From NCBI GenBank assembly GCA_050251875.1, contig JBFWMA010000003.1:64001-128000 (forward strand): 64,000 nucleotides of DNA, given 5' to 3'. The position numbers and the translations under genes were made by a program. Positions 48,307 through 59,860 of this stretch are shown here, in pieces. Each line of letters starts with the position of its first letter. The first letter of the stretch is position 1. This stretch comes from Deferribacterales bacterium (lineage in GTDB: Bacteria; Chrysiogenota; Deferribacteres; Deferribacterales; Geovibrionaceae). The notes beneath the pieces were generated by a model. That model had not been told where the DNA came from. It did no database searches and saw only the letters and a program-made list of their open reading frames with translations.

Positions 48307-49086
48307 ATGAACAACTGTAAACTTTTAATTTTTAATAACGATGAACTACAAATTATTCAATGCCGGAGTGACGATCCGGCATCTTTTGTTGTGCGGACAG
48401 CGGACATCACAGAAGAGATGCTCTCATCCGCCGTATATATGCGTCTGGAGTGGTTCGAGGGAGACACGCTGAAATACGTCTCCGTCACCGTTCAGAGCTA
48501 TGATGGAACCACAGCCACGCTGGCGAAAACATCAGAAGTCTTCTCCGACAAGAGCGAGCAGTATCACCTGATAGACGTTTCCGACCCGATAGACATCACA
48601 CAGGTGGACACCGACAGCGTAATGGATTACCGCCAGAAGGCTGACAGCTTTAACAACCGTTTCAGGAACAGCCTCACAGCGCAGATTAAAAAGATTCTGA
48701 CGGAAGAGACATATACCAATCAGCTCATTTTAAAGATGCTGATGCAGATAGACAACAAACTGGACGATCTGCTGAGCCTGAAACAGAGCGAACAGTCGGC
48801 TGAGCTGAAAACATCACGCATGATATATCTCAGCGGCGGCGAGGTATGCTTTCTGTCGCAGGAAGGCAAACCCGGAGATATATTCTATATCCAGACACCG
48901 CCCAGCAGCACGCCGGGCATCGCCTTTGCCGCACTGTGCAAAATAAAATCACTCATAGAAGCCGGCAAAAACAGGCTCTGTGAGTGCGAGTTTGTATACA
49001 TTGACGAGATGACCCGAGACGGCATCATCCATTACGTCTTTGAAAAAGACAGAGAAAAACTGAAAAGGAAAAAGATAAATGGCTGA
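48307..49086 (+). CDS. PilZ-like domain protein (degenerate)
   Basis: YLSGGEVCF and CEFVYIDEMTRDGIIHYVFEKDRE resemble the PilZ core and C-terminal helix. Confidence 0.6.
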   Translation: MNNCKLLIFNNDELQIIQCRSDDPASFVVRTADITEEMLSSAVYMRLEWFEGDTLKYVSVTVQSYDGTTATLAKTSEVFSDKSEQYHLIDVSDPIDITQVDTDSVMDYRQKADSFNNRFRNSLTAQIKKILTEETYTNQLILKMLMQIDNKLDDLLSLKQSEQSAELKTSRMIYLSGGEVCFLSQEGKPGDIFYIQTPPSSTPGIAFAALCKIKSLIEAGKNRLCECEFVYIDEMTRDGIIHYVFEKDREKLKRKKING

Positions 49087-49582
49087 ATCCACCCTAATCA
49101 GCATCGCTTTCTTTCTGATATGCGTGCTGTTCATCATGCTTCTGATAGCGTTCACCAGAATAATAAAAATGCAGAAGATGTTGACGGACGTCAGCCCTAA
49201 GGACCTCTACCCGTTTCTGGAAGAGCTGAGAGAACTTGTTATCGAATCCGAGAGAATAGCCGATAAGTTAGAGGACGAGATAACAAAAAAAGAGGAGATT
49301 CTGGAGGATATCGCCAGCCTGGCAGAAGAGAAGCTGAGAAGGCTGGAAACAATAAACGACAACCCTTCAGAAAATCCTGCGGCGGCTCTTTTGGCTGCCA
49401 TCAGCAACACCCCGCCAGCGGCGGCATCCGCACCGAATCCGGCGCCCAACCCGGCAGGACAGCTCTCTATCAGAGACCGGATATCGGATCTGATAGCAGT
49501 GGGCATGTCAGACACTCAGATAGCATCTGAGCTGGGCGTATCCACCACAGAAGTGCAGATAGTGAGAAGACTGGAAAACTGA
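49079..49582 (+). CDS. Membrane-anchored coiled-coil protein with C-terminal HTH-like motif (DUF2802/DUF6115-like)
   Basis: N-terminal TM; coiled coil; GMSDTQIASELGVSTTEVQIV. Confidence 0.7.
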   Translation: MAESTLISIAFFLICVLFIMLLIAFTRIIKMQKMLTDVSPKDLYPFLEELRELVIESERIADKLEDEITKKEEILEDIASLAEEKLRRLETINDNPSENPAAALLAAISNTPPAAASAPNPAPNPAGQLSIRDRISDLIAVGMSDTQIASELGVSTTEVQIVRRLEN

Positions 49583-49583
49583 A

Positions 49584-51152
49584 ATGGAAATTGTAAAACC
49601 CGATGTTCAGGCAGCGCAGACAGCACCGGCGGCAGAAGGTGAAGTCACCCTGAAAGAGGGCGAAGAGGTAAACGCAAAATTCATACGGAACCTGTCCACA
49701 GGCATGGTTCAGCTGAATATCAAAGGAAAGGTGGTGACAGCCGAGACAGACGTCAATATGTCATCATCCAAAACTTTTATCGCCGTGGTTGTGAAAAACC
49801 CTGACGGCTCCACCGCTCTGAGACTCTATCCCCCGCTCCCCGAATTCGCCGAGACAAAATCAAACACTTCCGGATTGCAGTACACGTCTCCCCAGAGTCA
49901 GACATCGCAGACACAGGCAAACACCCAGGGACAGACGGCGCAGGGGCAGACAACCCAGCCGCAGGTTTCATCCCAAACGGGTCAGACTGTCACGTCTCAG
50001 TCATCCGCCATGAATATTCAGCAAAATCAGACTGGCGCTCAACAGGGGCAGAATCAGACCCTGGCGCAAACCACCGCCGGAACAGACAGCCAGAGCGCCG
50101 CAATGACACAGAAACAGACATCGGTCAATATGCCGATGGATATACACCCGGGCGCCAGACAGCCCATAGGCACAGCCACACTGAAATCTTCAGATGTGCG
50201 TCTGATCCCTATGGATCAGCAGACCGGTCAGACGGGCTCTTCACAGAAGACCGCGCAAAACCCTCAGCAGAACGCTTATTCCACAGCATCCGCCGTGAAA
50301 CCGGCTGAGACTGTCATGCTGGACGGCAGGGCGCAGGCGATAAGACTCCCCGCAGGCTCCATCCCCGTTCAGGAGGGAGAGACTGTGGAGGTGAACATAC
50401 TGAAGATGCAGGAGAACGGCAAGACACTGGTGTCCATCAAAGATTCGCTCTTTGAGCTGAAGCTGGGTCCGCAGGTGTTCAAATCCCTGCTGGCAGAGGT
50501 CACATCAAAAAGCTCTCTGATAGACCTCAGCATACTCAGAACCCCCGTGGAGACTCTGGATCAGTCATATGTAAAACAGCAGGTCTCCGGGTTCGACATA
50601 GAAAAGATAATGAAAGCGTTCGGAAAATTTCAGCATGTGAGCATGGAGGATATGACGGCGGAAAAGCTGAAACAGTCACTGAAAGACTCCGGACTCACTT
50701 TTGAAAATAAACTTCTGAACGGACACGATGTCGCCGGCGATGAGAAATTCAACGCCCTGCTGAATCAGGATACGTCCGCCAAAGACAGCCTGACACGGAT
50801 GCAGGTGACAAATCTTTTTCTGGCGGGCGGCATACTCGCCTTTCTGAAGACCAAGGACGAAAACGTGGACGACACACTTCTGCGCTATAAACCCGGCGCG
50901 GACGGAAACGGAACCGTCTTTGTCTCCACATCCTTCTCCGAGCTGGGCGACACTCTTATTTCCATTCGTCAGAACAAAAACAAATTCAGCGTGTCTGTAA
51001 AGACAGAAAAGGATATTTCTAAAGAGCTTTCCGATCTCAGGCTTGAAAACAGTTCCATACACTGGTACAAATTTAATAAACAGGATCTTGAGATGCTTGA
51101 TCCTAAAAAAGATATCTCTGCCGATCTGGGCAGTTTTGAGGTGATTATCTGA
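49584..51152 (+). CDS. Hypothetical Q/T-rich protein, possibly FliK-like
   Basis: 522-aa ORF; long Q/T/S low-complexity segment; LKDSGLTFENKL; C-terminal FSELGDTLISI beta-rich domain. Confidence 0.6.
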   Translation: MEIVKPDVQAAQTAPAAEGEVTLKEGEEVNAKFIRNLSTGMVQLNIKGKVVTAETDVNMSSSKTFIAVVVKNPDGSTALRLYPPLPEFAETKSNTSGLQYTSPQSQTSQTQANTQGQTAQGQTTQPQVSSQTGQTVTSQSSAMNIQQNQTGAQQGQNQTLAQTTAGTDSQSAAMTQKQTSVNMPMDIHPGARQPIGTATLKSSDVRLIPMDQQTGQTGSSQKTAQNPQQNAYSTASAVKPAETVMLDGRAQAIRLPAGSIPVQEGETVEVNILKMQENGKTLVSIKDSLFELKLGPQVFKSLLAEVTSKSSLIDLSILRTPVETLDQSYVKQQVSGFDIEKIMKAFGKFQHVSMEDMTAEKLKQSLKDSGLTFENKLLNGHDVAGDEKFNALLNQDTSAKDSLTRMQVTNLFLAGGILAFLKTKDENVDDTLLRYKPGADGNGTVFVSTSFSELGDTLISIRQNKNKFSVSVKTEKDISKELSDLRLENSSIHWYKFNKQDLEMLDPKKDISADLGSFEVII

Positions 51153-52333
51153 TGGACAAAACCATTAACTATCTTAAGAATTTCTTCATGGAGTCTTCCG
51201 AACTGCTTATTGTGGCTCTGATAGCTCTGCTCAGCTATTTTATCGTAAAAAAAGTAATAGTCTCATCTCTTCATAGATTTTTTAAAAAAACTGAGAACAC
51301 CTATGACGACCTGATAATCGAATCCGGAATTTTCGGTCAGCTCGCCATGATAGCTCCCGCTCTGGTTTTCATCTATTCTGCGGATATCATAAAGATACCC
51401 CACTACCTGATTCAGATCATCTCAGCTTACATCGCCGCCAACATCACTATTTTCTTTATCAGGCTTTTTACACTTATCAACAAAGTTTACAACCAGTTCG
51501 AGGTTTCCGCCAAAAGACCCATCAAAGGCTATATCCAGCTGATGCAGGTTATCACGGCTTTTCTCGGCATAATCATAACAATCTGCATAGGCATCGGAAA
51601 ATCGCCTCTGGGAATCCTGAGCGGTCTGGGCGCCATGACAGCCGTTCTGATGTTCGTGTTCAAAGACACGATCATGTGCTTCATAGCGGGACTCCAGATA
51701 GTTTTCAACGATCTGCTCCATAACGGCGACTGGATCGAAATGCCCAACATGGGCGCTGACGGCGAGGTTATGGATATCGCTCTGTATACCGTGCGTGTGC
51801 GCAACTTCGACAAAACAATAGTTACAATCCCCACCAGCAAGTTCTTAGACAGCTCTTTTAAAAACTGGCGGGGCATGACGGAATCCGGCGGACGCAGAAT
51901 AAAAAGATCAATATCCATCGACCAGTCCACTGTCCGCTTTCTGGACAGAGCCTCCATAGAAAAATTTTCCGGAATCAACCTGATAAAAGACTATATGGAT
52001 CAGAAGCTCCATGAGGACATAGACGCAGACGGCAAGGACATCAACAAAAGAAAGCTCACCAATCTCGGTACTTTCCGTGTGTATATAAAAGAATATCTGA
52101 AAAATAATCCCAAACTCCATAAGGATATGACTCTGATAGTCCGCCAGCTCCCCTCCGGATCTGAAGGGCTTCCCATAGAAATCTATGTCTTTACCACCAC
52201 CACTAACTGGTCTGACTATGAAGATATCCAGTCTGACATATTCGATCACCTGACTGCGGCGGTAAAAGATTTTGATCTCAGAATTTTTCAGCATCCTTCC
52301 GGTTATGATTTTTCTAAATTAGGGTCAAGTTGA
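51152..52333 (+). CDS. Small-conductance mechanosensitive channel (YbdG/MscM-like)
   Basis: LSGLGAMTAVLMFVFKD, GDWIEMP, NWRGMTESGGRRIKRS, QSDIFDH. Confidence 0.95.
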   Translation: MDKTINYLKNFFMESSELLIVALIALLSYFIVKKVIVSSLHRFFKKTENTYDDLIIESGIFGQLAMIAPALVFIYSADIIKIPHYLIQIISAYIAANITIFFIRLFTLINKVYNQFEVSAKRPIKGYIQLMQVITAFLGIIITICIGIGKSPLGILSGLGAMTAVLMFVFKDTIMCFIAGLQIVFNDLLHNGDWIEMPNMGADGEVMDIALYTVRVRNFDKTIVTIPTSKFLDSSFKNWRGMTESGGRRIKRSISIDQSTVRFLDRASIEKFSGINLIKDYMDQKLHEDIDADGKDINKRKLTNLGTFRVYIKEYLKNNPKLHKDMTLIVRQLPSGSEGLPIEIYVFTTTTNWSDYEDIQSDIFDHLTAAVKDFDLRIFQHPSGYDFSKLGSS

Positions 52334-52398
52334 TCTTTTTCGTGCCGATTTAGGGTTATAAGCGTCCGCAGCTTTTTCTCATTACGCCGGGGGTATTT

Positions 52399-54186
52399 AT
52401 GTTTCTGTCCAGAAAGTACAAAGTGACCGTCACCAACAAGAACACCGTGCTGGAAGTAAAGCACGGCGCTAACCTCTACTCTGTTCTCCGTGAGCATGAG
52501 CTCATCGAAAAAATGCTCTGTGACGGAAGCAGCCAGTGCGGCAAGTGCAAGGTGAAGATATCCGGCAATGACGTAAATAAACCTACCAAGAAAGAGCGTC
52601 TGGTGCTGGCGGAAACCAGCATAGAGAGCGGAATGAGGCTGGCTTGCCAGTACACAGTGAAGTCCGACATAAAAGTAGACACTCAGGAAGCCGCAAAACG
52701 TGAGAACGTCAACCCCGGCATAGTCAGCATGAAGATAGTGAAGAGCAACGGAGAGGTGGAGGAGAACGAGTTTAAATCATATCTGCACTCGGATATGTTT
52801 ATTAAGCCCGACCTGCCCGCTTCAAACGAACCTATACATGTTCCGGAAGATCAGGAGCCGGAGCTCATCGTTGACGATTCTGTGGATGACGATGATTTTG
52901 TTTTACGTGAAACATTTGAAGAGCTTCCGCAGGAACCTGTCACTCCCCGATTCATGCAGGAGGAGGAACCTGTTCAGCAACCCATTCATAATGCGGACGA
53001 GCCGGAAACACCGACTCAGGAACCTCTGAAAGATGACTCTATAAAAATAACCAGCAGAGCCTCCGCTCCGGCATATGAGGACGATTCATACAGCAATGAC
53101 GGACTGCTTCTGGTTCAGCAGCCGGACGGAATTCAGTATTTTCATTACAGCGCAGGCATAGCCAATCTGGCTTCTAAAGGAATGATAAAGACCGATGAGC
53201 GCATTGAGGTGCTTCTGGAAAAGCATCTGCTCAGCGATTTCATCTATAACAACATAAACGTGAAAGATGTTGAACGAGTTATCGTAATGCTGGACGACTG
53301 CTACTTCGAGGGAAAAGAGCTGTTCAACCTCGTGATATACACATCCATAAACATCGGCGGATTTCTCATAGAAATCCTTCAGCCCATGCAGAACCACAGG
53401 GACATGGTGCGTTTTCTCAGGTTTGTCAACCAGACACCCGGCAAGCGTCTGCTGATTCCGCTGGATTCTCTGGAGAAGGCATATTTTCTGGATGACGGAA
53501 ACCTCTATGAGCTGGAGGCGGGATATATCGACTCCGACAGTCTCCTGTCCATGAGCGAGTTCAACGGAAAGAACCCTATAGTGGGGCTCAGCGATGATAT
53601 GCTGGAGACCACCGTTAAGGATTCATTTCATCTGCCTGATTCCATATCCTTCACCGTGTTTTTCCACACGGCGGTTATCTTTATGAAAACCGGGCTGGCG
53701 GACAAACGTCTTCAGCTGAAAGACAGAACCGCTGTGATGGATCTGATGCCCCTTGAGATTACCGTTAAGCTGGGCAAACATGACGGGCTTAAAAGATTCA
53801 ATGTTTTCCGCAAACAGGGATGCGATCTTTACATCGATCAGAACGCTCTGGACGCCCTGAACAGGTTCAGGCTTTTCATCCGCACGGTAATAGCCTATAC
53901 AGAGAAAAAATTCGGAAATATAGACAACATAGTATTTTATACACTGACAGACAGCGCTACACTGGCGGATGATCTGCTCACTCTTTCCGCAGTGCCTAAG
54001 AAATATGAAAGACGCTTAAAGACTTTTTCCGGCGATCCTTCCATATTCGCTGTACAGTTTTTTCAGGAGAGGGATATCGAGACATATTTTCAGAAGCGTT
54101 TCGGTGTGCATGAGATTATCAGTCTGGATTCTGACGAAGTATTCACAGAGACCCAGAAAGAGTGCGAGCTAAAAATTATTTCCTGA
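52399..54186 (+). CDS. 2Fe-2S ferredoxin-domain protein with degenerate RACo/ASKHA-like body
   Basis: LCDGSSQCGKCKV...RLACQ; acidic linker; weak RACo-like segments downstream. Confidence 0.75.
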   Translation: MFLSRKYKVTVTNKNTVLEVKHGANLYSVLREHELIEKMLCDGSSQCGKCKVKISGNDVNKPTKKERLVLAETSIESGMRLACQYTVKSDIKVDTQEAAKRENVNPGIVSMKIVKSNGEVEENEFKSYLHSDMFIKPDLPASNEPIHVPEDQEPELIVDDSVDDDDFVLRETFEELPQEPVTPRFMQEEEPVQQPIHNADEPETPTQEPLKDDSIKITSRASAPAYEDDSYSNDGLLLVQQPDGIQYFHYSAGIANLASKGMIKTDERIEVLLEKHLLSDFIYNNINVKDVERVIVMLDDCYFEGKELFNLVIYTSINIGGFLIEILQPMQNHRDMVRFLRFVNQTPGKRLLIPLDSLEKAYFLDDGNLYELEAGYIDSDSLLSMSEFNGKNPIVGLSDDMLETTVKDSFHLPDSISFTVFFHTAVIFMKTGLADKRLQLKDRTAVMDLMPLEITVKLGKHDGLKRFNVFRKQGCDLYIDQNALDALNRFRLFIRTVIAYTEKKFGNIDNIVFYTLTDSATLADDLLTLSAVPKKYERRLKTFSGDPSIFAVQFFQERDIETYFQKRFGVHEIISLDSDEVFTETQKECELKIIS

Positions 54187-54547
54187 AGGCTTCCGCTATA
54201 GCGGTTTCCAGATCGGCGGCTCTTACCGGTTTGTTCAGATAGATACAGGCGCCCTGCGCGGCTGTGTCTTTGTATGATTTATATGATCCGAAAGCTGTAA
54301 TGACTATTTTTTTAGCGTTTATATTCTTCTCGTTCAGCTTGTCCATGAACTCCATACCGTTCATTTTAGGCATTCTCAGGTCGGTTATGACAAGATCATA
54401 AGATTTCTTCTCAGCCATCAGCAGACCTTCAAGCCCGTCAGCGGCCATATCCACTTCGTATCCGCCCATTTTCAGTATCTCGGCATAGCCAAGCCTTGTG
54501 TGTTCTTCGTCATCCACAACCAGAATCTTAAGATCTTCCATAATCAT
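54176..54547 (-). CDS. Single-domain response regulator receiver
   Basis: ILVVDDE, TDLRMPKMNG, ITAFG, YLNKP. Confidence 0.93.
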   Translation of the reverse strand: MIMEDLKILVVDDEEHTRLGYAEILKMGGYEVDMAADGLEGLLMAEKKSYDLVITDLRMPKMNGMEFMDKLNEKNINAKKIVITAFGSYKSYKDTAAQGACIYLNKPVRAADLETAIAEAFRK

Positions 54548-55068
54548 CTCTCGCCGTCATACTTGATAATCTCCCCTGTCTGATAGATGGGGAAGATAGT
54601 AGAAATCGTATTTTTATAAACAAGCTGCTGTCTGCCCTCGAAGGCGGTCAGCAGTGTATAGTTATCGAAACCGATGAGGCTTCCTCTGATCTTAACACCG
54701 TTGATAAGGAAGCTGACGATAGGCGAGCGTGACTTGCGCACCTCGTTTAAGAAGATATCCTGCATGGGCGGGCGTGTATGTTTCGGGTGTCTGCCCTGAT
54801 GTGCGCTGTAATATATTTTTGAAATAAAGTCGATGTCCACAACGGTTTTAGCGGCGGCAACGGTCGCTATATCGTTCTTAGACAGCAGAATTTTTACCTC
54901 TGCGTCATCCAGAAGAATGTGGTATGGATCAAAATCCATCACCCTTCCCCTGAATCTCTCTTTATTCTTCATAATGAACATAAGAGGTATCTTTCTGGTC
55001 CGGGCATTGTGCATAAAAACAAATTCTATCTGCGCGTGAAATGACGCCGCGGCGGCGGAACTTTCCAT
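54544..55068 (-). CDS. hfq: Hfq-family RNA chaperone with two tandem Sm-like domains
   Basis: C-terminal MQDIFLNEVRK..FLINGVKIRG..FDNYTLL..QQLVYKNTISTI; N-terminal divergent copy FMHNART..RGRVMDFDPYHILL..LLSKNDIATV; GGGGAG RBS. Confidence 0.88.
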   Translation of the reverse strand: MESSAAAASFHAQIEFVFMHNARTRKIPLMFIMKNKERFRGRVMDFDPYHILLDDAEVKILLSKNDIATVAAAKTVVDIDFISKIYYSAHQGRHPKHTRPPMQDIFLNEVRKSRSPIVSFLINGVKIRGSLIGFDNYTLLTAFEGRQQLVYKNTISTIFPIYQTGEIIKYDGER

Positions 55069-55139
55069 CAAACTCTCCCCGATTCGATTGTATATATAAA
55101 TACAGAACTTATAACCCGATTATAAATTGTTTATTTGTG

Positions 55140-55345
55140 TTTACAAGTTTTTATTTTATCAACACGATTTTATTCATATTTTTTATAGGCTATTCCATCC
55201 TGTGACAGTGTTGAAAGTGAGCCCCAGACTTTCAACATTTTTTCCCATTCAAAAATCATTGACAAATTTGAGCTAAATCGCTTGTCAACACTTTACAAAT
55301 AGCTTATTATTACTACGACTATATATTTAAAATATAAAACTATAA
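55140..55345. other. Candidate replication origin (oriC)
   Basis: AT-rich intergenic region upstream of dnaN with DnaA-box-like 9-mers (TTATCAACA 55156, TGTTGAAAG 55209, CTTTCAACA 55229, TTGTCAACA 55282) and trio-like TAT TAT TAC TAC GAC TAT (55305-55322) before an AT run. Confidence 0.65.
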
Positions 55346-55356
55346 GAGGAAAGATT

Positions 55357-56462
55357 ATGCGTTTTAAGGCCGTTAAAGATGAAATTTATCCGTTCATCCA
55401 GTACGCTAACAATTTTACAAGCCCGAAAAACCTTAATACTATTCTGCAAAATATACTAATAGAAGCAGAAAGCGATGGTGTCATTTTAAGAGCCACCGAC
55501 ATGCAGGTTGGTTTCAGCGGAAAGGTAGATGTAAGCGTTGAGACCACAGGTGTTGCCACAGTATCCGCTAAAAAACTCCTCGACATAGTCAGAGAGATAC
55601 CGGACGGATCAGTTATCGATTTTCACTTTGATGGATCTAAGATAAATATATCAGCGGGAAAATCAAGTTTCAAACTCTCTACCATCAGTCACGAAATATT
55701 CCCGACAATGGCAGAGATAACACCTGAATACAGCCTCAGAATAAAAAGCTCCGTTCTTTTTGATCTCATAAAAAAAACCAGTTTCTGCATATCAACAGAC
55801 GCTTCAAAGATCGAATACACCGGAGCCCATTTAGCGGTATACGGAAACAAGCTGGAAATCTCTTCAGCAGACTTTCAGCGTATAGCTACCAGCAGCGTCA
55901 CTTTTGATGATGAATACGCAAATGAATTTATAATAAATATTCCCAGAAAAACTGTTATTGAGCTGATGAAAGTTCTCGATAACGATGAATACGTTGAGAT
56001 AGACACCGACCGCAAACAGATAATCTTTAAAATCGGAGCTATTCAGATATATTCCAAACTCATCGAGAAATATATCAAGAGCATCACAAAGCTCTTCTCC
56101 AACGATTATCCTCTCACAGCGAAACTTAAAAGATCAGAGTTCCTTGACGTTATAAAAAGGGTTTCCGCCATCACCAGCGAAGTGACTCATGGTGTTGTTC
56201 TCTCTTTCAAAGAGGACGGGCTAACTCTCTACAGCTTAGAGACAGAATACGGAGCCGGACACGAAACCATTGACGATTTCGAGTTCACAGGAACCTATCT
56301 GGATATCATCTTTAACTCCAAACACATGGTTGAGATGGTAAACAACATAGACACAGACTATTTCGTGCTTTCCATGATATCAGACAGAAGCCCCGCTATC
56401 ATTCTGCCTGAGTCCGGAAACTATAAATATCTTGTGGTACCGATCTCAATCAACAGGTTCTG

Positions 56463-56463
<1 letters not shown>
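55357..56463 (+). CDS. dnaN: DNA polymerase III beta clamp
   Basis: ILQNILIEA, LRATD, AKKLLDIVR; 368 aa; upstream of recF-gyrB. Confidence 0.93.
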
Positions 56464-59853
<3,390 letters not shown>

Positions 59854-59860
59854 GTGCATA

